Shown: positions 12,301 to 22,957 of the stretch, in pieces
Numbering within the stretch: position 1 is the stretch's first letter
Layout of the letters: each line of letters opens with the position of its first letter
Source of the DNA: Octopus vulgaris
Lineage: Eukaryota
Assembly: GCA_951406725.2 (NCBI GenBank)
Contig: OX597830.1
Location: forward strand, 1-64,000
DNA: 64,000 nucleotides
Reading direction: 5' to 3'
The notes under the pieces: model-generated
The model's database searches: none
The model's input: only the letters and a program-made list of their open reading frames with translations
Told to the model about the DNA's origin: nothing
Program-made: the position numbers and the translations under genes

Positions 12301-15300
12301 CAGGCCAGGCCAGGCCAGGCCAGGCCAGGCCAGGCCAGGCCAGGCCAGGCCAGGCCAGGCCAGGCCAGGCCAGGCCAGGGCCAGGCCAGGCCAGGCCAGG
12401 CCAGGCCAGGCCAGGCCAGGCCAGGCCAGGCCAGGGCCAGGCCAGGCCAGGCCAGGCCAGGCCAGGGCCAGGCCAGGCCAGGCCAGGCCAGGCCAGGGCC
12501 AGGCCAGGCCAGGCCAGGCCAGGCCAGGCCAGGCCAGGCCAGGCCAGGCCAGGCCAGGCCAGGCCAGGCCAGGCCAGGCCAGGCCAGGCCAGGCCAGGCC
12601 AGGCCAGGCCAGGCCAGGCCAGGCCAGGCCAGGCCAGGCCAGGCCAGGCCAGGCCAGGCCAGGCCAGGCCAGGCCAGGCCAGGCCAGGCCAGGCCAGGCC
12701 AGGCCAGGCCAGGCCAGGCCAGGCCAGGCCAGGCCAGGCCAGGCCAGGCCAGGCCAGGCCAGGCCAGGCCAGGCCAGGCCAGGCCAGGCCAGGCCAGGCC
12801 AGGCCAGGCCAGGCCAGGCCAGGCCAGGCCAGGCCAGGCCAGGCCAGGCCAGGCCAGGCCAGGCCAGGCCAGGCCAGGCCAGGCCAGGCCAGGCCAGGCC
12901 AGGCCAGGCCAGGCCAGGCCAGGCCAGGCCAGGCCAGGCCAGGCCAGGCCAGGCCAGGCCAGGCCAGGCCAGGCCAGGCCAGGCCAGGCCAGGCCGCCAG
13001 GCCAGGCCAGGCCAGGCCAGGCCAGGCCAGGCCAGGCCAGGCCAGGCCAGGCCAGGCCAGGCCAGGCCAGGCCAGGCCAGGCCAGGCCAGGCCAGGCCAG
13101 GCCAGGCCAGGCCAGGCCAGGGCCAGGCCAGGCCAGGCCAGGCCAGGCCAGGCCAGGCCAGGCCAGGCCAGGCCAGGCCAGGCCAGCCAGGCCAGGCCAG
13201 GCCAGGCCAGGGCCAGGCCAGGCCAGGCCAGGCCAGGCCAGGCCAGGCCAGGCCAGGCCAGGCCAGGCCAGGCCAGGCCAGGCCAGGCCAGGCCAGGCCA
13301 GGCCAGGCCAGGCCAGGCCAGGCCAGGCCAGGCCAGGCCAGGCCAGGCCAGGCCAGGCCAGGCCAGGCCAGGCCAGGCCAGGCCAGGCCAGGCCAGGCCA
13401 GGCCAGGCCAGGGCCAGGCCAGGCCAGGCCAGGCCAGGCCAGGCCAGGCCAGGCCAGGCCAGGCCAGGCCAGGCCAGGCCAGGCCAGGCCAGGCCAGCCA
13501 GGCCAGGCCAGGCCAGGCCAGGCCAGGCCAGGCCAGGCCAGGCCAGGCCAGGCCAGGCCAGGCCAGGCCAGGCCAGGCCAGGCCAGGCCAGGCCAGGCCA
13601 GGCCAGGCCAGGCCAGGCCAGGCCAGGCCAGGCCAGGCCAGGCCAGGCCAGGCCAGGCCAGGCCAGGCCAGGCCAGGCCAGGCCAGGCCAGGCCAGGCCA
13701 GGCCAGGCCAGGCCAGGCCAGGCCAGGCCAGGCCAGGCCAGGCCAGGCCAGGCCAGGCCAGGCCAGGCCAGGCCAGGCCAGGCCAGGCCAGGCCAGGCCA
13801 GGCCAGGCCAGGCCAGGCCAGGCCAGGCCAGGCCAGGCCAGGCCAGGCCAGGCCAGGCCAGGCCAGGCCAGGCCAGGCCAGGCCAGGCCAGGCCAGGCCA
13901 GGCCAGGCCAGGCCAGGCCAGGCCAGGCCAGGCCAGGCCAGGCCAGGCCAGGCCAGGCCAGGCCAGGCCAGGCCAGGCCAGGCCAGGCCAGGCCAGGCCA
14001 GGCCAGGCCAGGCCAGGCCAGGCCAGGCCAGGCCAGGCCAGGCCAGGCCAGGCCAGGGCCAGGCCAGGCCAGGCCAGGCCAGGCCAGGCCAGGCCAGGCC
14101 AGGCCAGGCCAGGCCAGGCCAGGCCAGGCCAGGCCAGGCCAGGCCAGGCCAGCCAGGCCAGGCCAGGCCAGGCCAGGCCAGGCCAGGCCAGGCCAGGCCA
14201 GGCCAGGCCAGGCCAGGCCAGGCCAGGGCCAGGCCAGGCCAGGCCAGGCCAGGCCAGGCCAGGCCAGGCCAGGCCAGGCCAGGCCAGGCCAGGCCAGGCC
14301 AGGCCAGGCCAGGCCAGGCCAGGCCAGGCCAGGCCAGGCCAGGCCAGGCCAGGCCAGGCCAGGCCAGGCCAGGCCAGGCCAGGCCAGGCCAGGCCAGGCC
14401 AGGCCAGGCCAGGCCAGGCCAGGCCAGGCCAGGCCAGGCCAGGCCAGGCCAGGCCAGGCCAGGCCAGGCCAGGCCAGGCCAGGCCAGGCCAGGGCCAGGC
14501 CAGGCCAGGCCAGGCCAGGCCAGGCCAGGCCAGGCCAGGCCAGGCCAGGGCCAGGCCAGGCCAGGCCAGGCCAGGCCAGGCCAGGCCAGGCCAGGCCAGG
14601 CCAGGCCAGGCCAGGCCAGGCCAGGCCAGGCCAGGCCAGGCCAGGCCAGGCCAGGCCAGGCCAGGCCAGGCCAGGCCAGGCCAGGCCAGGCCAGGCCAGG
14701 CCAGGCCAGGCCAGGCCAGGCCAGGCCAGGCCAGGCCAGGCCAGGCCAGGCCAGGCCAGGCCAGGCCAGGCCAGGCCAGGCCAGGCCAGGCCAGGCCAGG
14801 CCAGGCCAGGCCAGGCCAGGCCAGGCCAGGCCAGGCCAGGCCAGGCCAGGCCAGGCCAGGCCAGGCCAGGCCAGGCCAGGCCAGGCCAGGCCAGGCCAGG
14901 CCAGGCCAGGCCAGGCCAGGCCAGGCCAGGCCAGGCCAGGCCAGGGCCAGGCCAGGCCAGGCCAGGCCAGGCCAGGGCCAGGCCAGGCCAGGCCAGGCCA
15001 GGCCAGGCCAGGCCAGGGCCAGCCAGGCCAGGCCAGGCCAGGCCAGGCCAGGCCAGGCCAGGCCAGGCCAGGCCAGGCCAGGCCAGGCCAGGCCAGGCCA
15101 GGCCAGGCCAGGCCAGGCCAGGCCAGGCCAGGCCAGGCCAGGCCAGGCCAGGCCAGGCCAGGCCAGGCCAGGCCAGGCCAGGCCAGGCCAGGCCAGGCCA
15201 GGCCAGGCCAGGCCAGGCCAGGCCAGGCCAGGCCAGGCCAGGCCAGGCCAGGCCAGGCCAGGCCAGGCCAGGCCAGGCCAGGCCAGGCCAGGCCAGGCCA

Positions 15301-18300
15301 GGCCAGGCCAGGCCAGGCCAGGCCAGGCCAGGCCAGGCCAGGCCAGGCCAGGGCCAGGCCAGGCCAGGCCAGGCCAGGCCAGGCCAGGCCAGGCCAGGCC
15401 AGGCCAGGCCAGGCCAGGCCAGGCCAGGCCAGGGCCAGGCCAGGGCCAGGCCAGGCAGGCCAGGCCAGGCCAGGCCAGGCCAGGCCAGGCCAGGGCCAGG
15501 CCAGGCCAGGGCCAGGGCCAGGCCAGGCCAGGCCAGGCCAGGCCAGGCCAGGCCAGGCCAGGCCAGGCCAGGCCAGGCCAGGCCAGGCCAGGCCAGGCCA
15601 GGCCAGGCCAGGCCAGGCCAGGCCAGGCCAGGCCAGGCCAGGCCAGGCCAGGCCAGGCCAGGCCAGGCCAGGCCAGGCCAGGCCAGGCCAGGCCAGGCCA
15701 GGCCAGGCCAGGCCAGGCCAGGCCAGGCCAGGCCAGGCCAGGCCAGGCCAGGCCAGGCCAGGCCAGGCCAGGCCAGGCCAGGCCAGGCCAGGCCAGGCCA
15801 GGCCAGGCCAGGCCAGGCCAGGCCAGGCCAGGCCAGGCCAGGCCAGGCCAGGCCAGGCCAGGCCAGGCCAGGCCAGGCCAGGCCAGGCCAGGCCAGGCCA
15901 GGCCAGGGCCAGGCCAGGCCAGGCCAGGCCAGGCCAGGCCAGGCCAGGCCAGGCCAGGCCAGGCCAGGCCAGGCCAGGCCAGGCCAGGCCAGGCCAGGCC
16001 AGGCCAGGGCCAGGCCAGGCCAGGCCAGGCCAGGCCAGGCCAGGCCAGGCCAGGCCAGGCCAGGCCAGGCCAGGCCAGGCCAGGCCCAGGCCAGGCCAGG
16101 CCAGGCCAGGCCAGGCCAGGCCAGGCCAGGCCAGGCCAGGCCAGGCCAGGCCAGGCCAGGCCAGGCCAGGCCAGGCCAGGCCAGGCCAGGCCAGGCCAGG
16201 CCAGGCCAGGCCAGGCCAGGCCAGGCCAGGCCAGGCCAGGCCAGGCCAGGCCAGGCCAGGCCAGGCCAGGCCAGGCCAGGCCAGGCCAGGCCAGGCCAGG
16301 CCAGGCCAGGCCAGGCCAGGCCAGGCCAGGGCCAGGCCAGGCCAGGCCAGGCCAGGCCAGGCCAGGCCAGGCCAGGCCAGGCCAGGCCAGGCCAGGCCAG
16401 GCCAGGCCAGGCCAGGCCAGGCCAGGCCAGGCCAGGCCAGGCCAGGCCAGGCCAGGCCAGGCCAGGCCAGGCCAGGCCAGGCCAGGCCAGGCCAGGCCAG
16501 GCCAGGCCAGGCCAGGCCAGGCCCAGGCCAGGCCAGCCAGGCCAGGCCAGGCCAGGCCAGGCCAGGCCAGGCCAGGCCAGGCCAGGCCAGGCCAGGGCCA
16601 GGCCAGGCCAGGCCAGGCCAGCAGGCCAGGCCAGGCCAGGCCAGGCCAGGCCAGGCCAGGCCAGGCCAGGCCAGGCCAGGCCAGGCCAGGCCAGGCCAGG
16701 CCAGGCCAGGCCAGGCCAGGCCAGGCCAGGCCAGGCCAGGCCAGGCCAGGCCAGGCCAGGCCAGGCCAGGCCAGGCCAGGCCAGGCCAGGCCAGGCCAGG
16801 CCAGGCCAGGCCAGGCCAGGCCAGGCCAGGCCAGGCCAGGCCAGCCAGGCCAGGCCAGGCCAGGCCAGGCCAGGCCAGGCCAGGCCAGGCCAGGCCAGGC
16901 CAGGCCAGGCCAGGCCAGGCCAGGCCAGGCCAGGCCAGGCCAGGCCAGGCCAGGCCAGGCCAGGCCAGGCCAGGCCAGGCCAGGCCAGGCCAGGCCAGGC
17001 CAGGCCAGGCCAGGCCAGGCCAGGCCAGGCCAGGCCAGGCCAGGCCAGGCCAGGCCAGGCCAGGCCAGGCCAGGCCAGGCCAGGCCAGGCCAGGCCAGGC
17101 CAGGCCAGGCCAGGCCAGGCCAGGCCAGGCCAGGCCAGGCCAGGCCAGGCCAGGCCAGGCCAGGCCAGGCCAGGCCAGGCCAGGCCAGGCCAGGCCAGGC
17201 CAGGCCAGGCCAGGCCAGGCCAGGCCAGGGCCAGGCCAGGCCAGGCCAGGCCAGGCCAGGCCAGGGCCAGGCCAGGCCAGGCCAGGCCAGGCCAGGCCAG
17301 GCCAGGCAGGCCAGGCCAGGCCAGGCCAGGCCAGGCCAGGCCAGGCCAGGCCAGGCCAGGCCAGGCCAGGGCCAGGCCAGGGCCAGGCCAGGCCAGGCCA
17401 GGCCAGGCCAGGCCAGGCCAGGCCAGGCCAGGCCAGGCCAGGGCCAGGCCAGGCCAGGCCAGGCCAGGCCAGGCCAGGCCAGGCCAGGCCAGGCCAGGCC
17501 AGGCCAGGCCAGGCCAGGCCAGGCCAGGCCAGGCCAGGCCAGGCCAGGCCAGGCCAGGCCAGGCCAGGCCAGGCCAGGCCAGGCCAGGCCAGGCCAGGCC
17601 AGGCCAGGCCAGGGCCAGGCCAGGCCAGGCCAGGCCAGGCCAGGCCAGGCCAGGCCAGGCCAGGCCAGGCCAGGCCAGGCCAGGCCAGGCCAGGCCAGGC
17701 CAGGCCAGGCCAGGCCAGGCCAGGCCAGGCCAGGCCAGGCCAGGCCAGGGCCAGGCCAGGCCAGGCCAGGCCAGGCCAGGCCAGGCCAGGCCAGGCCAGG
17801 CCAGGCCAGGCCAGGCCAGGCCAGGCCAGGCCAGGCCAGGCCAGGCCAGGCCAGGCCAGGCCAGGCCAGGCCAGGCCAGGCCAGGCCAGGCCAGGCCAGG
17901 CCAGGCCAGGCCAGGCCAGGCCAGGCCAGGCCAGGCCAGGCCAGGCCAGGCCAGGCCAGGCCAGGCCAGGCCAGGCCAGGCCAGGCCAGGCCAGGGCCAG
18001 GCCAGGCCAGGCCAGGCCAGGCCAGGCCAGGCCAGGCCAGGCCAGGCCAGGCCAGGCCAGGCCAGGCCAGGCCAGGGCCAGGCCAGGCCAGGCCAGGCCA
18101 GGCCAGGCCAGGCCAGGCCAGGCCAGGCCAGGCCAGGGCCAGGCCAGGCCAGGCCAGGCCAGGCCAGGCCAGGCCAGGCCAGGCCAGGCCAGGGCCAGGC
18201 CAGGCCAGGCCAGGCCAGGCCAGGCCAGGCCAGGCCAGGCCAGGCCAGGCCAGGCCAGGCCAGGCCAGGCCAGGCCAGGCCAGGCCAGGCCAGGCCAGGC

Positions 18301-19848
18301 CAGGCCAGGCCAGGCCAGGCCAGGCCAGGCCAGGCCAGGCCAGGCCAGGCCAGGCCAGGCCAGGCCAGGCCAGGCCAGGCCAGGCCAGGCCAGGCCAGGC
18401 CAGGCCAGGCCAGGCCCAGGCCAGGCCAGGCCAGGCCAGGCCAGGCCAGGCCAGGCCAGGCCAGGCCAGGCCAGGCCAGGCCAGGCCAGGCCAGGCCAGG
18501 CCAGGCCAGGCCAGGCCAGGCCAGGGCCAGGCCAGGCCAGGCCAGGCCAGGCCAGGCCAGGCCAGGCCAGGCCAGGGCCAGGGCCAGGCCAGGACCAGGC
18601 CAGGCCAGGCCAGGCCAGGCCAGGGCCAGGCCAGGCCAGGCCAGGCCAGGCCAGGCCAGGCCAGGCCAGGCCAGGCCAGGCCAGGCCAGGCCAGGCCAGG
18701 CCAGGCCAGGCCAGGCCAGGCCAGGCCAGGCCAGCCAGGCCAGGCCAGGCCAGGCCAGGCCAGGCCAGGCCAGGCCAGGCCAGGCCAGGCCAGGCCAGGC
18801 CAGGCCAGGCCAGGCCAGGCCAGGCCAGGCCAGGCCAGGCCAGGCCAGGCCAGGCCAGGCCAGGCCAGGCCAGGCCAGGCCAGGCCAGGCCAGGCCAGGC
18901 CAGGCCAGGCCAGGCCAGGCCAGGCCAGGAGCCAGGCCAGGCCAGGCCAGGCCAGGCCAGGCCAGGCCAGGCCAGGCCAGGGCCAGGCCAGGCCAGGCCA
19001 GGCCAGGCCAGGCCAGGGCCAGGCCAGGCCAGGCCAGGCCAGGCCAGGCCAGGCCAGGCCAGGCCAGGCCAGGCCAGGCCAGGCCAGGCCAGGCCAGGCC
19101 AGGCCAGGCCAGGCCAGGCCAGGCCAGGCCAGGCCAGGCCAGGCCAGGCCAGGCCAGGGCCAGGCCAGGCCAGGCCAGGCCAGGCCAGGCCAGGCCAGGC
19201 CAGGCCAGGGCCAGGCCAGGCCAGGCCAGGCCAGGCCAGGCCAGGGCCAGGCCAGGCCAGGCCAGGCCAGGCCAGGCCAGGCCAGGCCAGGCCAGGCCAG
19301 GCCAGGCCAGGCCAGGCCAGGCCAGGCCAGGCCAGGCCAGGCCAGGCCAGGCCAGGCCAGGCCAGGCCAGGCCAGGCCAGGCCAGGCCAGGCCAGGCCAG
19401 GCCAGGCCAGGCCAGGCCAGGCCAGGCCAGGCCAGGCCAGGCCAGGCCAGGGCCAGGCCAGGCCAGGCCAGGCCAGGCCCAGGGCCAGGCCAGGCCAGGC
19501 CAGGCCAGGGCCAGGCCAGGCCAGTGCCAGGCCAGGTCCGGACAGGGCCAGGCCAGGCCAGTGCCAGGGCCAGGGCCAGGCCAGGGCCATGGCCAGGCCA
19601 GGCCAGGGCCAGGGATCAGGGCCAGGCCAGGCCAGGGCCAGGCCAGGCCAGGCCAGGCCAAGGGCCAGGCCAGGCCAGGGCCAGGGCCAGGACCAGTGCC
19701 CAGGGCCAGGCCAGGGCCAGGCCAGGCCAGGCCAGGGGCCAGGCCAGGCCAGGGCCAGTGCCAGGGCCAGGGCCAGGCCAGGCCAGGCCAGGGCCAGGCC
19801 AGGCCAGGCCAGGGCCAGGGCCAGGCCAGGCCAGGGCCAGGGCCAGGG
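3390..19848 (+). repeat. ~16.5-kb (CCAGG)n/(CCAGGG)n array; probably miscalled (TTAGGG)n
   Basis: Near-pure pentamer with CCAGGG units increasing rightwards, bounded on both sides by same-polarity TTAGGG. The score reflects the repeat as written; the miscall interpretation is inference. Confidence 0.9.
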
Positions 19849-20139
19849 TTAGTGTAAGGCCAGGGTTAGGGTTAGGTTTAGTTTTAGGGATCGGGTTAGG
19901 ATTAGTGTTAGTCTTAGGGTTAGGGTTAGGGTTAGGGTTAGGGATCGGGTTAAGTATTAAGGTTAGGGTTAGAGTTAGGGTTAGGGTTAGGGTAAGGGTT
20001 AGGTTAAGAGTTAGGGTTAGGTTTAAAGGTTAGGGTTAGAGTTAGGGTTAGGGTTAGGGTTAGGGTTAGGTTTAGGGTGAGGGTTTGGGTTAGGGTTAGG
20101 CTTAAGGGTTTAAGTTAGGGTTAGGGTTAGAGTTAGGGA
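19849..20139 (+). repeat. Variant telomeric (TTAGGG)n; mirror of 55288-55580
   Basis: Variants GGGATCGGG, GCTTAAGGG, GGTGAGGG and TTAGTGTAAGG occur in the same order in the reverse complement of the right-hand array. Confidence 0.93.
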
Positions 20140-20241
20140 TAGTTATTTAGTTAGTTTGTTAGTTAGTTAATTACTTAATTTGGCTCAAAAGCAAATAGCA
20201 AGGCCATGTAGGGGGACATGGAGTTAAGTACAGGGTGGTGT

Positions 20242-21990
20242 TCATGTAAAGAGTTCAGGCCACTTGAGGTCCAGGGAGGCTTTGAACAAAGCGGTCGTCG
20301 GTATCTTCACCATCTCGTTTGGCAGCTTGTTCCGCGGTTCCGCAACCCGGATGGAGAAAGCTCCTCTCCTTCGATTTAGATGAAATCGTCGCAGGTAGAG
20401 CTTTTCGGAATGACCCCGCAGCCGACGCTCCGGAGCAGGAGTGAAGAACAGCTCTTTCGAGAGGTTACACTTCCCGCTTATGATGTTGAGGGCGAGAATG
20501 AGATCACCACGGCGGCGGCGTTTTTCAAGAGAATAAAGGTCGAGCGTCCTCAGCCTTTCTTCGTAGGACAAATTTTTGAGAGCATGAACCATGCGGGTAG
20601 CCAGCCTCTGGACTCTTTCGAGATGCTGTATGTCTTTGAGGAGATAAGGAGAAGAGGCTTGAATCCCATACTCCAATATGGGTCTCACTAGCGTGACATA
20701 GAGTGGCAGGAATATGGCTGCTGTGAGCATTCCGAATGACCGTCGAATCAAAAACAGAATTCCGCGCGCTTTGTTGGCAGCATGGACGCACTGGGCCGAA
20801 GGCAAAAATGAGGAATCCACCAAGATACCCATGTCCTTTACCTGATCGTTCCTCTCCAGCAGCAGACGACCCGGCTCGAAATCAAGTTGAGTTGCAGGAG
20901 TGGAGCCGACAGGCAGATGACAGCACTTTGACACGTTCAGACACAGGTCCCAATCGTTAGACCACTTCCAAATTTGGTGGAGGCATTGACGAAGATCCTC
21001 TATACTACCGCGAGGAGTGACCAGTTTGATATCGTCGGCAAATAGAAGGGTGTGTTGCGTGAGGTCGTCGGGCAAGTCATTTATGAAGACTAAGAACAAC
21101 AAGGGCCCAAGCACTGAACCTTGAGGCACGCCACTGCTCGCACTGGAGACGTCGGACCGCGAACCATTAACTTGAACTTGGAAGGAGCGATCTGAGAGGA
21201 AGGCACCAACCCATCGTACAATATCCGGATGGAAACTATATGCTTGAAGCTTGACAAGTAGTAGGCGGTGGTTTACCGAGTCAAAAGCTTTGGCAAAGTC
21301 CAATAAAACGATGTCAACAGCATCACTATCATCGAGGATGCGCGTCACCAATTCTTCCATTACTAGTAAGTTGGTCAAGCATGATCTCTTCGGCACGAAG
21401 CCGTGTTGGGAATCAGTGATCGAGGCTGTGTTTAGGAGGTGGAGCATCATACTTTTCTTAAGGATGGTTTCGAACATCTTGCTGATTATTGATGTAAGGG
21501 AAACCGGTCGGTAGTTAAGCGGGTCTTCGCGGCTCCCTTTCTTGAAAATTGGGCAGATTATCGCTGTTCTCCAATCTACAGGTATAACACCCGTCGCCAA
21601 TGACATATTGAATAGTCGTGTTAAGGGCTCGCAGATGACCGGAGCCAACGCTTTGATAACCCGTGGGTGTATGCCGTCAGGGCCGTAACCCTTGTTGACA
21701 TCGAGGCCTTGAATAACACGTTTGACTTCGTCCCGCGTGATGATCAATCGAAGCATTGGAGGTACCGATCTATCAAAGAAGGTTTTTGGATTGCTACTGG
21801 CATTTGCCGCGATTTTGTATTCATAACTGAAGCGTTCTTCTCTTTCAATTTTCACGGCTCGGTCTCGTTGAGTTTTGTACACCTCAAAAGCTGCAGTCGA
21901 ATCCAGATTTTTGAATTCAGCCCAAGCAATATCTCTGAGTCGACGTTCTCGTTTAACCTTCTTTGTGTTTCTTCCTCTTGGGAAGCCCAA
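20242..21990 (-). CDS. Reverse transcriptase part of LINE-A ORF2 (CR1-like); fragment of a split ORF2
   Basis: GPDGIHPRV, NYRPVSLTS, QHGF, LDFAKAFDSV, GVPQGSVLGPLLF, FADD, and the CR1-type C-terminus 'LERVQRLATRMV..LSYEERL..SLEKRRRRGDLI'. Confidence 0.88.
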   Translation of the reverse strand: MGFPRGRNTKKVKRERRLRDIAWAEFKNLDSTAAFEVYKTQRDRAVKIEREERFSYEYKIAANASSNPKTFFDRSVPPMLRLIITRDEVKRVIQGLDVNKGYGPDGIHPRVIKALAPVICEPLTRLFNMSLATGVIPVDWRTAIICPIFKKGSREDPLNYRPVSLTSIISKMFETILKKSMMLHLLNTASITDSQHGFVPKRSCLTNLLVMEELVTRILDDSDAVDIVLLDFAKAFDSVNHRLLLVKLQAYSFHPDIVRWVGAFLSDRSFQVQVNGSRSDVSSASSGVPQGSVLGPLLFLVFINDLPDDLTQHTLLFADDIKLVTPRGSIEDLRQCLHQIWKWSNDWDLCLNVSKCCHLPVGSTPATQLDFEPGRLLLERNDQVKDMGILVDSSFLPSAQCVHAANKARGILFLIRRSFGMLTAAIFLPLYVTLVRPILEYGIQASSPYLLKDIQHLERVQRLATRMVHALKNLSYEERLRTLDLYSLEKRRRRGDLILALNIISGKCNLSKELFFTPAPERRLRGHSEKLYLRRFHLNRRRGAFSIRVAEPRNKLPNEMVKIPTTALFKASLDLKWPELFT

Positions 21991-22078
21991 CGGGAACTGC
22001 CTGGTCAGTCAAACAGATTACATATGCTTTGAGGGATGACCATAGTTCGTCAACTGAGGACAACGTCATCAGGGATCG

Positions 22079-22957
22079 CTAGTCCAGAAGCGCGGAAGCC
22101 TCGGTTAGAATTTCAAGATTAATTGCAGAGAAGACTCTACGTGGCAGCGAAGTAATCGTGGGCGTGGAAAAAGTTGTGTGCATGACGAACTTCAGGACCG
22201 CATGATCACTCTTGGCAAGAGGGGCGCACACAGATACGTCTGACACTGATCTTGGATAGCGGGAGAATACCAGATCTAGCATAGATGACTGCTGCCCAGA
22301 CCGATGCCTTGTCGGATATTCAACATGTTGCGATAGAAAACAATCTTCAGCCACGTCAAGAAGGGCCTGGCCGAACCGGGAAGATGTTGTACAACTTGAT
22401 GCGGGCCAATCGATCGTGGGAGCGTTGAAGTCGCCTAGTACCAAGCAGTCATGCGAAGCTGAAACGAATCTTATCACTTCGAGTAGATGAGCATCGTCCT
22501 GGGGGTCGGCTAGAGGCGGCCTGTAGACAGCCAACACGGGCAGGCAAAACTCAGATAGGCTCAGCTTGCAATAGACGGCATCGAATTTGGTTGTAGGTTG
22601 AGCATTTGTGGGTAGAATACCGCAGGACGGTTTGTGCTCAGACTTAACATACACAGCAGCACCTCCACCTCGTCTTTTTCCTCTGTCACATCTGAAAAGG
22701 ACGTAGCCCTGCAGGTGGATTTCTGAGTCCTTTACTGCTGGAGTCAGCCAAGTCTCGGTGATAGCTATCACATCAGGGGAGTCCCGTATGGCCAGTGTAA
22801 ATAGTTCACTGAACTTTGGGAATAAGGAGCACGAGTTGGTGTAGACGATGCTGAGCTGTGAAGTCTGAGGGGCGGGAGTTGGGGAACAAGCAGAATGAAG
22901 GGCATCAGAGATAGCATCGTTGACGGGGTTATCAACTTCACTTCGATTTGCCCTCAC
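22079..22957 (-). CDS. APE-like (EEP) endonuclease part of LINE-A ORF2; ends in a stop before the RT
   Basis: YTNSCSL, ITETWL, RCDR..GGG, LGDFNAP, PTR..LDLVFS, SDH. Confidence 0.87.
   Translation of the reverse strand: MRANRSEVDNPVNDAISDALHSACSPTPAPQTSQLSIVYTNSCSLFPKFSELFTLAIRDSPDVIAITETWLTPAVKDSEIHLQGYVLFRCDRGKRRGGGAAVYVKSEHKPSCGILPTNAQPTTKFDAVYCKLSLSEFCLPVLAVYRPPLADPQDDAHLLEVIRFVSASHDCLVLGDFNAPTIDWPASSCTTSSRFGQALLDVAEDCFLSQHVEYPTRHRSGQQSSMLDLVFSRYPRSVSDVSVCAPLAKSDHAVLKFVMHTTFSTPTITSLPRRVFSAINLEILTEASALLD

Noticed and set aside
3312-19661. 5449-aa and 5401-aa (PGLAW)n ORFs and the overlapping + strand ARPGQ ORFs
   Set aside because: (CCAGG)n has no stop codon in any frame; frequent 1-nt indels shift phase freely; the tract itself is probably miscalled.
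3390-19848. Array of Dcm/EcoRII CCWGG sites as a bacterial methylation or restriction decoy
   Set aside because: The context is eukaryotic telomeric DNA, with no methylase or prokaryotic genes; the match is coincidental.
20242-21990. Telomerase RT, Penelope/Athena RT, or an R1-clade TRAS/SART element
   Set aside because: Motifs (LDFAKAFDSV, GVPQGSVLGP, YEERL..RRRRGDLI) and the upstream APE domain are CR1-group. No TERT T-motif, GIY-YIG domain, CCHC knuckles or poly(A) tail seen.
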